DNA of 64,000 nucleotides from Candidatus Heimdallarchaeota archaeon (GTDB lineage: Archaea; Asgardarchaeota; Heimdallarchaeia; Hodarchaeales; Hodarchaeaceae): contig JBHLSH010000002.1 in NCBI GenBank assembly GCA_048881705.1, forward strand, positions 114,109 through 178,108, given 5' to 3'. The notes beneath the pieces are model-generated. The model ran no database searches, was not told where the DNA came from, and worked only from the letters and a program-made list of their open reading frames with translations. The position numbers and the translations under genes are program-made. Position 1 is the stretch's first letter. The number at the start of each line of letters is the position of its first letter. Shown here piece by piece: positions 37,486 to 47,735 of the stretch.

Positions 37486-38583
37486 TTAAATACTTTGATA
37501 TGTCTGGAGGAGAGATTGGGCCAAATCTCCTGATAATAATGCCAAATTTGCAATATCAAATCTTGAAAGAAAAGAATAAATGTATTCAAGCAAATCAGTC
37601 TCTCCTAGGTCAATCTGCATCAGATATTGTTCAAGTTGTGGAAGAATTGAAATCGGGATATTCCCCGATTCATCGATGATGCGAATTTCAGTTAGAACTG
37701 AACCTTGAATCCCGCATTGTATACGGAACAGCCCACTAGATGTATGAAAACTCCTCTGCACTACAAATGCATCTGAATGTATTTTTACTTTCCATATAGA
37801 AGTTTCGGCTTGGCTTTTTTTGCGGGGAACCCAATCTCTATTCAGGGGCGTCTTTTGTAGCTTGTACATCAAAGCAAGGGTCTCAGGTTGAAGATTTTTT
37901 GGTGTCAGCTGAATATTTAGCTGCGATTCAAAGTATTCCACGAATGTCTGTAATAGTTCATCGCGAGGGGGAATAAATCCGATCTGATTTCGGACGCTGG
38001 TGATTCCGGATTCCATTAATCTGCGTACTGTTCCACGAAGGTTCTCATTTGGAACTTTTAGAATCCTAGCCATTTCCTCGTATGGGAATTCTAGGAGGAT
38101 ATTTCCAACAAGGGTTTGAGCTTCTTCGTAGAGACCCGCTGCATTTCCAGAGATTTTGCGTCCATTAACTCGAATTTCATTAGCTGGATAATAAACAGCA
38201 TTAATCCCATAGTGCTGGCACGTTTTAACGGCAGGGCCAAGTAACTTGGCATAAAAACTTTGAACATGTCGAGGTACACTGTTGGAATTGATGTGAGTAA
38301 TCACATGATAAAAAAACTGGTTGGAGTCCAGATAGACGGTACCACCCCCACATGCACGTTGGTACACAGGAAGATTCCTGGATCCACAGTACTCGATGTC
38401 CACCACTTGATCTATGATCTGATTAAAACCGCAGGATACAAACGGATGTTTTGGCCAATCAATGATCAAGATATCGTTTTCTTGAATTCCCCGACTCCGA
38501 GCTAAGGCCGCAGCATGCCAAATCGTTTGCGTATCAATACCGTCACATGCACCGTAAAGAATCAAATCCCACTGCAGAACCAT
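37486..38583 (-). CDS. lplA: Lipoate-protein ligase A family
   Basis: CGGGTVYLD, GRKISGNA, C-terminal accessory domain. Confidence 0.85.
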   Translation of the reverse strand: MVLQWDLILYGACDGIDTQTIWHAAALARSRGIQENDILIIDWPKHPFVSCGFNQIIDQVVDIEYCGSRNLPVYQRACGGGTVYLDSNQFFYHVITHINSNSVPRHVQSFYAKLLGPAVKTCQHYGINAVYYPANEIRVNGRKISGNAAGLYEEAQTLVGNILLEFPYEEMARILKVPNENLRGTVRRLMESGITSVRNQIGFIPPRDELLQTFVEYFESQLNIQLTPKNLQPETLALMYKLQKTPLNRDWVPRKKSQAETSIWKVKIHSDAFVVQRSFHTSSGLFRIQCGIQGSVLTEIRIIDESGNIPISILPQLEQYLMQIDLGETDLLEYIYSFLSRFDIANLALLSGDLAQSLLQTYQSI

Positions 38584-38634
38584 TGGCTATGCGCAACTCA
38601 ATTATCGTTTAAAATATTCGGATTTTCGAAGGAA

Positions 38635-39561
38635 ATGCCCCGTATTCTTTTTTTGTCTGGAGGAACAGGAACCCCAAAACTTCTCCAAGGGGCAATCCGC
38701 GTTCTTTCCCTGCAAGACATTGCGATAATTGGCAACACTGGTGACGATTGGAATTTTTACGGTTTACATGTTTCACCTGATATTGACAGCGTTTTGTTAA
38801 CATTATCAGATCTAATTGACACTGCAAAATGGTGGGGGATAGATGGAGACAGTTTTAATCTTATTGAATTCCTTCGTACCCACCTTCATGAGGATGTTTG
38901 GTTCAACCTTGGCGACTTTGATGCAGGTCTCTGTTTGTATCGAACCCATCTCCTTAAACAAGGAAATAACCTGACCCAGGCGACGGATATTATTCGAAAA
39001 CGATTAAAGATCAAAGCTTCTATTTTACCGATGGCAGATCAACAAATTCAAACCCAAATTAAGACTCCCTCAGGAACGATGCATCTACAAGAATTTTGGG
39101 TAAAACATCGGGGAAATATTGAAGTTCAGGACGTTTACTTTGACGGGGATCTTTCTATCACGACTTCTGCCGTCACAGAGGCCATCAAGAAGGCAGAAAT
39201 AGTGGTTTTTGGGCCGAGTAATCCTGTTTCTTCATTGGGACCAATTCTTGCCATTCATCCGCTTCGAGAGGCTTTGCGAAAAACCACGGCATTTAGGTTG
39301 GCAATCAGTCCCATAATCGGTGAACATCCTGTTTCAGGACCTACAAGTGCTTTTTTAAAGGCATGGAACATTCCTACCTCTCCTATGGCAATTATATCCC
39401 TTTTTGGTCACGTACTAGATGGTTACATGATTCACACTTCGGATGAGCGCTTTAGCGAACGCATCCTGCATCAAAATATTACCCCCATTCTAGATAACAT
39501 CTTGATTCACTCTAGCGCAGACGCGGAACGTCTGATGCAGAGAATTTTAGATTTCAGGTGA
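38635..39561 (+). CDS. cofD: 2-phospho-L-lactate transferase (F420 biosynthesis)
   Basis: LSGGTGTPKLL, VSPDIDSV, WFNLGDFD, HLQEFWV, GPSNPVSSLGPIL. Start is ATG 38635. Confidence 0.93.
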   Translation: MPRILFLSGGTGTPKLLQGAIRVLSLQDIAIIGNTGDDWNFYGLHVSPDIDSVLLTLSDLIDTAKWWGIDGDSFNLIEFLRTHLHEDVWFNLGDFDAGLCLYRTHLLKQGNNLTQATDIIRKRLKIKASILPMADQQIQTQIKTPSGTMHLQEFWVKHRGNIEVQDVYFDGDLSITTSAVTEAIKKAEIVVFGPSNPVSSLGPILAIHPLREALRKTTAFRLAISPIIGEHPVSGPTSAFLKAWNIPTSPMAIISLFGHVLDGYMIHTSDERFSERILHQNITPILDNILIHSSADAERLMQRILDFR

Positions 39562-39585
39562 TTCATTATATCCAAGAATCGTAGT

Positions 39586-40320
39586 ATGCTTGCGGCTATG
39601 GGTGGAATAACGGATCCATCTTTTGCTTCCACTTGTTTAAATGAAGGAGCAGGAATGGTAGCAATTGGAGGATATCCTATTGGAACCGAAATGATAGGGT
39701 CCTGCTACCAAATGATTGGTAGAGGACGAAGAGAATTCGTTCTACCTATTGGAGAAGAAGCCAATAAGATCAACGATCTGTTCCAATTATTCAAGAAAAA
39801 TGTTGATTTAACCTCTGTGATGGTTAATCTTAGGTTTAATGATCCTTCCTATGCCCAAAGCTTTGTTAAAGATTTTTCAAATCTGATGGGGGAACGCCCC
39901 GTAATTGAAATCAATGCACACTGCCGTCAACCTGAGGTAACGAATTGCGGTGGGGGACAGGCACTTCTACACCGAAAAGAAGTACTTAAGAGGATCATCG
40001 GGGTGTTTCATGCAAAAGATTTTCCCATCTCACTGAAATTTAGGGGCAACGCCATTCCTTCAAGGGAATTTATACCAACAGTCATTCAACTCCCACTCGA
40101 ATTTCTCCACATAGATTCGTATCGTATTGGTGAGGCAGGTACTGATCTCGAGTTATTAAGGTTCTATGCTCAATCCATTACAGCCTCCCTTATTGGAAAT
40201 AACTCGATTATTGATCGCGCAAGTGCAGAGGCAGTTTTAGAGGCAGGTGCGTCGTATTTTTCGCTGGCTCGCGCAGCAGAGAAGAATCCATCGATTTTTC
40301 AAACTTTGAAAAACATATAG
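39586..40320 (+). CDS. Archaeal Dus-like FMN TIM-barrel protein (MJ0144/NifR3-related)
   Basis: LAAMGGITD, EINAHCRQPEV...GGGQALL, ISLKFRG, LHIDS, IGNNSI, SLARAA. Confidence 0.85.
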   Translation: MLAAMGGITDPSFASTCLNEGAGMVAIGGYPIGTEMIGSCYQMIGRGRREFVLPIGEEANKINDLFQLFKKNVDLTSVMVNLRFNDPSYAQSFVKDFSNLMGERPVIEINAHCRQPEVTNCGGGQALLHRKEVLKRIIGVFHAKDFPISLKFRGNAIPSREFIPTVIQLPLEFLHIDSYRIGEAGTDLELLRFYAQSITASLIGNNSIIDRASAEAVLEAGASYFSLARAAEKNPSIFQTLKNI

Positions 40321-40343
40321 CACTACTTTATGCTCGCGTCATC

Positions 40344-41027
40344 TTGAAGATGACTAGATTAGATGGATCTCAGGTTCTGGTTCTCATACCAATCAAGGAT
40401 TTTTCAGATTCGAAAACCAGGCTGAGAGCAGCTTTTCCAATCCATGAAGAGAAGCTAATCGAGCGGCTAGTAGAGGTATCCTTCAGTCATCTCATTGGAA
40501 TCTTATCTTCTCTATCATTATTGTTCGGTGTTATTTCCCCGTCACCACGAATCCTTGATCAATGTAAAAATTTAGGGGGGGCATTTGTGTACAGAGACAC
40601 TGGTGAGAATTTGAATCGCGCCCTTTTTCAGGCGGTTCAAACAATACCTGAGAAGCAGCCAATCTTGATTATCATGCCGGATCTTCCCTTTATAACCAGA
40701 GAATTCATAAAAACTTTAATTAAAGAGATTAAAACTGAAAATGCCGCCATTGTGCCATCTATTTCGATGGATGATTCCAATGGAACCGCTATCCTGTACC
40801 TAAAAGATCCATGTTTGTTATCATTTCAATTCGGTGAAAAGAGCTATTTGAAACATTTGGAGGCGGCTAGAAAAATTAATCTCGACCTACGTGTTTTGAG
40901 GTATGATCCCTTTGCTCGTGACTTGGATACTGTCAATGATATAAGATTTTTACGACAGAACCTTCATTTGATTCATGATCCAAGGCAATATCTTGATGTT
41001 TTGTCGAATTTATCAATCGTTATCTGA
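40344..41027 (+). CDS. cofC: 2-phospho-L-lactate/PEP guanylyltransferase (F420 biosynthesis)
   Basis: LIPIKDFSDSKTRL, LNRAL, IMPDLP, NGTAIL, FQFG, RDLDTVND. Confidence 0.9.
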   Translation: MKMTRLDGSQVLVLIPIKDFSDSKTRLRAAFPIHEEKLIERLVEVSFSHLIGILSSLSLLFGVISPSPRILDQCKNLGGAFVYRDTGENLNRALFQAVQTIPEKQPILIIMPDLPFITREFIKTLIKEIKTENAAIVPSISMDDSNGTAILYLKDPCLLSFQFGEKSYLKHLEAARKINLDLRVLRYDPFARDLDTVNDIRFLRQNLHLIHDPRQYLDVLSNLSIVI

Positions 41028-41351
41028 TTCTTTCTCACGTACCAGCTTTTCATGATCCTGTTGGATATCAAATGATGAGAAACGAACCATCTTCAACTCG
41101 TCTTCTTTAACCTCCGAATATAAGGAGAAGTCAATATCTCTCAAGAACTTAACACAAAATGATTCTAGTTCAACAACCATTCCAAGTACTACCTCTGATG
41201 AGAATCCTCTAACTAGCCAGTCTCCAAAAGACAAAACATCGGATCCCTCAAGCGATACCACAACAGGTGATCTTTCCACAACCTCTAGCTTGCCAGAACT
41301 AACCTCAGGAATACAATTAATCCCTAGCGTGTCAGTGCTAGTGGTAATCAT
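41013..41351 (-). CDS. Hypothetical protein
   Basis: 112-aa ORF filling the gap between cofC and manC. No recognisable motif. Confidence 0.35.
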   Translation of the reverse strand: MITTSTDTLGINCIPEVSSGKLEVVERSPVVVSLEGSDVLSFGDWLVRGFSSEVVLGMVVELESFCVKFLRDIDFSLYSEVKEDELKMVRFSSFDIQQDHEKLVREKESDND

Positions 41352-41502
41352 TCTTTTGTTAAAGAGAAGAAATAGATGAATCCCGCCAAAAATAGATACT
41401 GGATAAAGTATTAACGAATTTTCTCTCTTTGGCTATTTAAGTCTCTCAACGTTTTTGAGATTTAAAAGGTTATACCAATTCGTTTTTGATGAGGTTTGAT
41501 TT

Positions 41503-42561
41503 GTGGTATTCATTGTTATATTGGCTGGTGGAGGTGGAGAACGTCTCTGGCCTCTTTCCAGGAAGAATCGTCCAAAGCAATGCATTTCCTTGGATGGCCA
41601 TCAGACATTAATCCAACGAACGTACCAAATTGCGGTAGAAATTGTAGGAAGCAGCAATGTCTTTGTATCAACTCGTGATGCCCTCGTTCCCATAATAAGT
41701 AAACAACTGCCAGATGCACAGCTAATAATTGAGCCTCTAGCTCGTGACTCCGCGGCAGCCATAGGATATGTTTGTACACGATTGATACATACAAATGATG
41801 AAGATACTACCGTTTTTATGGGTGCTGACTATCATATTCCAGATGTCACGCACTTTAAGGATGTAATTTCGGCAGCAGATGAGTTTGCGCGGCAAGACAA
41901 GATCGTTACAATAGGCATCAAACCAACACGGGTTGAAACTCGCTTTGGTTATATCAATCCTGGTTCATTACTGTCCTCAGGATCTATTCATGTTTTTGAT
42001 GCAGTAGGATTCACAGAAAAGCCAAGTGAAATGTTAGCACGAGAATATATAGCCCATGGTTATCTATGGAATTCGGGGATGTTCATCGCGAAACCCCAGG
42101 TCTTGTATCGTAAAATTCAGCAATATATGCCTAATTTATATTCCGCATTGGAGCAGATCAGAGCAGCGGAATTCGATAAAAAGATCGCAACGGAAATATT
42201 TATGCCATTAGCCAAAATTTCCATCGATTATGGAGTAATAGAGAAGACAAATGATCTGGTTGTTGTTCGAGGCGACTTCATATGGGATGATATTGGTACA
42301 TGGGATTCTTTAGGCAGAATAATTAGCCCAGATAAAAATGGAAACATCGTAAAGGGTGAATTCTTGGGGATTGATGTAAGGAATAGTGTTATCTTTGGAG
42401 AAAAACCAATTGTTGCGTTTGGTATCTCCGATATAGTTCTTATCGAAACTGATGATTGTATATTTATGTGTCCCAAAGATAAGGCTCGTGACATAAAAGT
42501 GGTTTTTGAAAGTCTTGCTGGTACCACCAAATTCCAAAGTTTGCTTAATTACCCCGACTAG
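41503..42561 (+). CDS. manC: Mannose-1-phosphate guanylyltransferase
   Basis: ILAGGGGERLWPLSRKNRPKQ, IEP.ARDSA, FTEKP, WNSGMF, WDDIGTW. Confidence 0.93.
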   Translation: MVFIVILAGGGGERLWPLSRKNRPKQCISLDGHQTLIQRTYQIAVEIVGSSNVFVSTRDALVPIISKQLPDAQLIIEPLARDSAAAIGYVCTRLIHTNDEDTTVFMGADYHIPDVTHFKDVISAADEFARQDKIVTIGIKPTRVETRFGYINPGSLLSSGSIHVFDAVGFTEKPSEMLAREYIAHGYLWNSGMFIAKPQVLYRKIQQYMPNLYSALEQIRAAEFDKKIATEIFMPLAKISIDYGVIEKTNDLVVVRGDFIWDDIGTWDSLGRIISPDKNGNIVKGEFLGIDVRNSVIFGEKPIVAFGISDIVLIETDDCIFMCPKDKARDIKVVFESLAGTTKFQSLLNYPD

Positions 42562-42576
42562 CGCTATGTTAAAGTT

Positions 42577-43542
42577 TTAAACCTGAACCGTATTCCTCAT
42601 GATTGATTCAGACGATTCATCTTCTTGAGTAATTGAAAAAAATACGTCTGGTTTTCCGAGACAGTATACGTGAATCCACGCGACCCTATTATCTCGTAAC
42701 GTCCAATATGATTCCGATGCAATTTGAAGAGCGATTTTAAATTGTTCTTTCTTCGATGATTTACGTTTTAAACGGAATACAATTTCATCAGGAAGGGGAA
42801 CCCCGATTAAATCTGCGATGGTGAAAGTGGGAGGGATTATACCCACACCAATAGGGACATCCGCCTTAATTTCATCGAAAAAGCTCAATGCTTGGTTAGG
42901 ATCAAATATTGCCTGGGTAATAAAGTAATCAGCTCCCAGTGACAGCCGTTTTTGGAATAGGTCCATCTGACGATTTCGGATGCTAGTTCTCTGGTCTCCT
43001 TTCTTGTGGAATTGGTTCGGATCAATGACACTTCCCACATAAAACTCTGCGTCATCTATTGGATCTGCATTAGTTTCAGCTAAACCGTGACTCATACTTG
43101 AATGGGTTTTATAGAACCGGGGATCAGTCACACCTTTAATGAAAGCCAGAACATCCAGCGAGTTTTTGAAAAATCGGGGACTTATCGGACCACGGGGATC
43201 TCCCAATACAGGCAGTAGATGCTCTATCCCTAGCCGTCTAGCATCAAGTAATTCGTTGTAAGTATCATGGATGGAAAGGCGGGTAGTCAGGTGAAGAACT
43301 GGAAAGGTGCTGCTGGCCAGTCTTGAATCACGTAATACTGAAAGAATCAACTTCATTGTTGATATCGAGGACATCCGAAAAGTTGGCCGATTGGTAACCG
43401 AGATCAAGTCAATAAATGGGCCCATGTGTTGTATTGCTGTTGTAAATCCCATGATCTCCTGCTGCTCTAGTGATCGAGAATGAATCTGAGGCGGCTCTAC
43501 CTCGATGCTTAGCTTGGGAGAGAATGGTTCGTCACTGGGCAT
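42577..43542 (-). CDS. metF: Methylenetetrahydrofolate reductase
   Basis: SVTNRP, HLTTR, VLGDPRG, GADYFITQAIFD, WIHVYCLG. Confidence 0.85.
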   Translation of the reverse strand: MPSDEPFSPKLSIEVEPPQIHSRSLEQQEIMGFTTAIQHMGPFIDLISVTNRPTFRMSSISTMKLILSVLRDSRLASSTFPVLHLTTRLSIHDTYNELLDARRLGIEHLLPVLGDPRGPISPRFFKNSLDVLAFIKGVTDPRFYKTHSSMSHGLAETNADPIDDAEFYVGSVIDPNQFHKKGDQRTSIRNRQMDLFQKRLSLGADYFITQAIFDPNQALSFFDEIKADVPIGVGIIPPTFTIADLIGVPLPDEIVFRLKRKSSKKEQFKIALQIASESYWTLRDNRVAWIHVYCLGKPDVFFSITQEDESSESIMRNTVQV

Positions 43543-43555
43543 AAAAGTTCATCCA

Positions 43556-44824
43556 TTAGATAATGTTAGAGTCAGGGAGATCTAATTCGGTTTGTAAAAC
43601 CGTTCTCGCCTCCTTTGTTCCTCTACACATCGCTGAAAGCATCATATGGAGATTTGCAAGATTATTCACAGGACGTAATCCACAATCAGGAGCTGACATG
43701 ACCAAGAATGGACCATCTTCGCCCAATTGGTCATAAAGAGCGCGAACTTGGTATAACAACCGATCTCTGGTAAGCTCGCTGATCTGTCGTAGAGCGGCTC
43801 CATTTTGAATGTCTTCTTTGGTGTAATGTCGGTCTGCGTGAACTTCGAGAATGCCTAATGCATATTTACAGCGACTTCCCTGGTTAAAAGCTTCAACAAC
43901 GCTTTGGACACCCTTCTTAAACGAAGGCCGCTCTTTGGAAGTCGTCCCATTTATCTTAAGATCCCGGTTTGCATATTCCAAACTCGCATAGTCCCAGGGA
44001 AGCTTCGGGATGTCGGAAAACAGAACATCATATGAATCTGAAAAGCATGTATGAAATCCAACTCGGGTGCCATGATCGCTCACCGTCCTCCGAATGCCTC
44101 TGAAAAACCGTTCATAGGCCTCAAGATAGATCTCCCTGTCACCTGGAATAGTTGTATAGGCAGGCTCGTCGGCAGTAACATATCTCGCTCCCGCCTTTAC
44201 GATCTCCTTTACTTCCGGTACAAATACATCGTCTACAAGGTCAAACAAGAATTGATAATCGTTCGAGGCTTTGATAGTCCAATTAAACGTTGTATAGGGG
44301 CCAGTAAAACAAAATCGAAGCGGCTGCTTTGCAACTGTTTTGGCAAACTCAAACTCATCCTTGTAAATTGAGTTCTTACGTCTGACCTCTGTATCTTTGA
44401 CTCGAACGCCAGGTTTATAGAAACGGTCATCAAAAGACCGAACATGCTCCTGTTCCAGGTAGATGCCGTTAATGTCTTTTGCCACATGCTCGTACATTTC
44501 ACGGCGCCATGCTTCGCCAGTAAAGATGTAATCCAAACCTGTATTTTCCAAGAAACGTACATTAAAGCGTAGCCTAAGCTTCAATACTTCAAGTTCCCAT
44601 TCAGGAAGGTCATCCTTGGAACTGGGTCTCCCCTGAAGTAATGAAATAGCCTCATCTGGATCCCCAAGGTTAAGAAGGGGCCACCAATACTGAAGTTCCT
44701 CAATATGTTCAGTGGGAATATCTCTTCCCTGCAAAGCAAAAATCGTCGCATTAAGTTTTCTCATGGAACCGACTTCGTGAGTCGGAATCAAGGTGTCAAA
44801 TCTATCGTGTTTACTTAATGACAT
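43556..44824 (-). CDS. metE: Cobalamin-independent methionine synthase, catalytic (C-terminal) barrel
   Basis: THEVGSMRK, GEAWRREMYEH, TGPYT, ADEPA, Zn ligands GFHTC, SLEYA, APDCGLR. Confidence 0.85.
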   Translation of the reverse strand: MSLSKHDRFDTLIPTHEVGSMRKLNATIFALQGRDIPTEHIEELQYWWPLLNLGDPDEAISLLQGRPSSKDDLPEWELEVLKLRLRFNVRFLENTGLDYIFTGEAWRREMYEHVAKDINGIYLEQEHVRSFDDRFYKPGVRVKDTEVRRKNSIYKDEFEFAKTVAKQPLRFCFTGPYTTFNWTIKASNDYQFLFDLVDDVFVPEVKEIVKAGARYVTADEPAYTTIPGDREIYLEAYERFFRGIRRTVSDHGTRVGFHTCFSDSYDVLFSDIPKLPWDYASLEYANRDLKINGTTSKERPSFKKGVQSVVEAFNQGSRCKYALGILEVHADRHYTKEDIQNGAALRQISELTRDRLLYQVRALYDQLGEDGPFLVMSAPDCGLRPVNNLANLHMMLSAMCRGTKEARTVLQTELDLPDSNII

Positions 44825-44841
44825 CAGTGGTCCTCGATATT

Positions 44842-45903
44842 TTACACTTGTTCTTCTAATCGCTTAATCGTATGACCGAGGGCCTGGATTTTCAGGTCGG
44901 CCACCGATCGTGGGATAAACTCGAGTCGGGAAGTTGGTGCCAGAATAATCTGATCCGCCGTAGTCTCGGCCAGCATTTCGCCCGTCTCAACTAGGTCCTT
45001 AATCTCTTCCACAACAAGATTTCCGGAAGGGCTGCGGAAGTAGGCCTGTGCATCAACCACTCCAGCGATTAAGACCTTGCTATCAAAGTCATAATCAGCC
45101 AAAGACGCAACCTTATTTCGCACACAGTCTATACCTATTCCCCAGACCTTTGTATTTGCCAAAAGCTCCAACAGATGAGGTTCCAATGAATAGTAGGTAT
45201 GTACCGCTAATCGCGGAGAGACTGCCTCGCCAAGGTTCGTCCAGTTTTCCTCTATAGCTTCAATAATCTCATTATCCAATGATTCCCATACCAGTCCTCC
45301 CTCATCCAATATTATATGGGAAAACCCTTCAGCCGTAAGAACCTTGATTTCCTCTTTTAAAATCTCTGTAAAATCGTACATCATTTCATTTTCTGACTTA
45401 TAGGAAGTAGGGCTTTTCGTATCGATGTTAGCTGCGCGAGAAAACGTATATGGTCCAGGAAGACATATGCTCCAAGCGTTTTCTCTTAAGGAATCAGGTA
45501 GTAATTTAGTCTGGAGGATATTTCCTTCTAAAAACGGATGTTTCGTTGCTTTCAATATTGAAGTATCATGTTGAAACTTGGTATCGATTTGGGGTTGTCG
45601 ATAAAAGGTATTGGTAAGGGGTATCCTTGCCACTGGCAGATTACTTGTTTTTTCACCGTTTTTTTGCCGTAGTAGTGCTTCTGTAAACGGACGAAAAATA
45701 TCCCACCACCCGAGGTTTCCCGTCGATACTGCTTGAGGGTAGATATCTTTCATGATCGTGATGAGGTTTTCGATATCTTGTTTGAAGGCTTTCTGCACAA
45801 TATTGGGAGAAGAGACTCGTCCATACTTGAAATCAAAGATATGCTTTATGAGGGACTCTGATAGGGGATGAATGCCTGTCAGGAGCGAGGTGTATCTGGT
45901 CAA
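44842..45903 (-). CDS. MetE N-terminal-barrel-like subunit (split MetE)
   Basis: LGWWDIFRP, TNTFYRQP, LPGPYTF, LDEG, VHTYY, IAGVVDA, LAPTSRLEFIPR. It lacks the H-x-C and final Cys Zn ligands. Confidence 0.78.
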   Translation of the reverse strand: MTRYTSLLTGIHPLSESLIKHIFDFKYGRVSSPNIVQKAFKQDIENLITIMKDIYPQAVSTGNLGWWDIFRPFTEALLRQKNGEKTSNLPVARIPLTNTFYRQPQIDTKFQHDTSILKATKHPFLEGNILQTKLLPDSLRENAWSICLPGPYTFSRAANIDTKSPTSYKSENEMMYDFTEILKEEIKVLTAEGFSHIILDEGGLVWESLDNEIIEAIEENWTNLGEAVSPRLAVHTYYSLEPHLLELLANTKVWGIGIDCVRNKVASLADYDFDSKVLIAGVVDAQAYFRSPSGNLVVEEIKDLVETGEMLAETTADQIILAPTSRLEFIPRSVADLKIQALGHTIKRLEEQV

Positions 45904-46069
45904 TGCTGGTCAGATGAGGCAAACTAAGCTTAGTTTTCATATATTATTGAAACATTTATTCCTCAGCCCAAAAAATTCCCTTAGGGAATACTCATTTGGT
46001 TGATCGTTTTGAAATATTTTTTAAGGAACAGTCAATTTCTCTATTACGACGGCCTGGTGGGATTAAAAC

Positions 46070-46642
46070 TTGACAACACCCATTCTTCCTGACTTACTTG
46101 AATTACGCCGCTTACGCAAGATCATTGGCCTCACTCAAGATGAACTAGCTCATCGTGCAGGTGTCTCTCAGTCTATGATAGCCAAAATGGAAACAGGTTC
46201 ACTTAATCCATCTTATGAAGTGGTGAGACGAATTTATCAAGTTCTAGCTGTAGCTGAAGGCCAAAGCCAGACAAAAGCTTTTGAAATCATGTCCCCAGTG
46301 ATTGCAGTCCGAGTGGATAATACAATTCAATCTGTTGTTGATTTAATGAAAAAAGACGGAATTTCACAGCTCCCTGTTTTTTCTCAGGAAAACAAAAATG
46401 TGGGTCGAATCACAGAACAGACCTTACTAGACATCTTACTAGAGGGCCGAAACCTGAAAGACATCGCAGACCAACCAGTAGAGAGCATCATGGAACCCAT
46501 TTTCCCAGTTATCGGGTATGAAACTCCACTTCGGGCCATCACAGAACTTCTTCGTTTTTCTTCTGCCGTCTTGGTTTCACAAAAAGACGGAAATATTTCG
46601 GGGATCATTACCAAAGCGGATTTGCTCAATACTTCTCGGTGA
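46070..46642 (+). CDS. XRE HTH transcriptional regulator with C-terminal CBS pair (COG3620)
   Basis: LRKIIGLTQDELAHRAGVSQSMIAKMETG, then two CBS repeats (ISQLPV; GIITKADLL). Confidence 0.92.
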   Translation: MTTPILPDLLELRRLRKIIGLTQDELAHRAGVSQSMIAKMETGSLNPSYEVVRRIYQVLAVAEGQSQTKAFEIMSPVIAVRVDNTIQSVVDLMKKDGISQLPVFSQENKNVGRITEQTLLDILLEGRNLKDIADQPVESIMEPIFPVIGYETPLRAITELLRFSSAVLVSQKDGNISGIITKADLLNTSR

Positions 46643-46730
46643 GCGCTGTGCGCAGGGATTTTATGGGGATTGGGATTTCCGAACCTAATCCTTCAGTATA
46701 AGTTTTGGCCATCAAATTCTTGACAGGCAC

Positions 46731-47735
46731 ATGGAAATGACCATCGTAAAACACAAAACACTTGGTCAGATAATTGGCTTTCGTTCCTTTGTTTTTGGAA
46801 TAATCCTGGCCATAGGAGTATATTTAGCTATTTTAATCCTAGGTGATTGGGATACTCTTCTAATTAACCTTTTTAGGGTTAATCCTCTTATACTTGTGCT
46901 AGCTATTCTATTAAGTCTTACCAATTATATATTTCGGTTCTTCAAATGGCATCTGTTCACACGTAGCTTAAACCTTGAGATTCCGCTTCGTGATAATTTC
47001 ACTATCTTTATGGCGGGTCTAAGTCTCGCAATTACACCCGCCAAGGTTGGAGAATCTATTCGGGCCTTTTTATTGCAACAGAAAAAGGTATCGGATCTAT
47101 CGAGAGGATTAGCTTCAACCTTTTCCGAACGTTTGATAGATCTATTAGCTGTGACCATCCTCGCTATTATTGGAGTTTTCGCCCTCGATCTTCGCCCCTC
47201 GCTAGATTATCTACCATTACTTCTATTCATCCTCTTTGGGATTTTCTTCGGTGTTTTAATATTCTTAATTGACCCTCTCTATGCTCTTTTTAGCAGGGTA
47301 TTTAACACAGGACCTTGGGCCAAGTTCGGGGCAAGAATTGATCGTTTTCGTACCGATGTAGTTTTCACGTTTCAATATCGTGTCTTTATCGGTGCTCTTG
47401 GATTTGGTATCATCGGGTGGGCCTGTGAAGGAATAGGTTTTATGCTGATTGCCAATGATCTGGGAGTTCTTGTTACCTTAGAAACTGCCATATTTGTGTA
47501 CGCAACCTCATCGTTGTTAGGTGCAATATCTTTCCTACCAGGCGGCTTAGGGGTCACAGAAGGAAGTATAGAAATTTTTCTTTCTGATCTATTAAGTACA
47601 GAACCTCCTATTGCCGGAGCATTAATTATATTAACACGCGTGTGCACTTTATGGTTTGGAGTCGCGATAGGCCTTGTTTTTTTGGGTATCTCTAACCGTT
47701 CATTATCGGGATTAGACAATGTAGAAAGGGATTAA
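46731..47735 (+). CDS. Lysylphosphatidylglycerol-synthase TM domain protein (UPF0104, putative flippase)
   Basis: TPAKVGESIRA, ERLIDL, FLPGGLGVTEG, RVCTLW. Confidence 0.88.
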   Translation: MEMTIVKHKTLGQIIGFRSFVFGIILAIGVYLAILILGDWDTLLINLFRVNPLILVLAILLSLTNYIFRFFKWHLFTRSLNLEIPLRDNFTIFMAGLSLAITPAKVGESIRAFLLQQKKVSDLSRGLASTFSERLIDLLAVTILAIIGVFALDLRPSLDYLPLLLFILFGIFFGVLIFLIDPLYALFSRVFNTGPWAKFGARIDRFRTDVVFTFQYRVFIGALGFGIIGWACEGIGFMLIANDLGVLVTLETAIFVYATSSLLGAISFLPGGLGVTEGSIEIFLSDLLSTEPPIAGALIILTRVCTLWFGVAIGLVFLGISNRSLSGLDNVERD

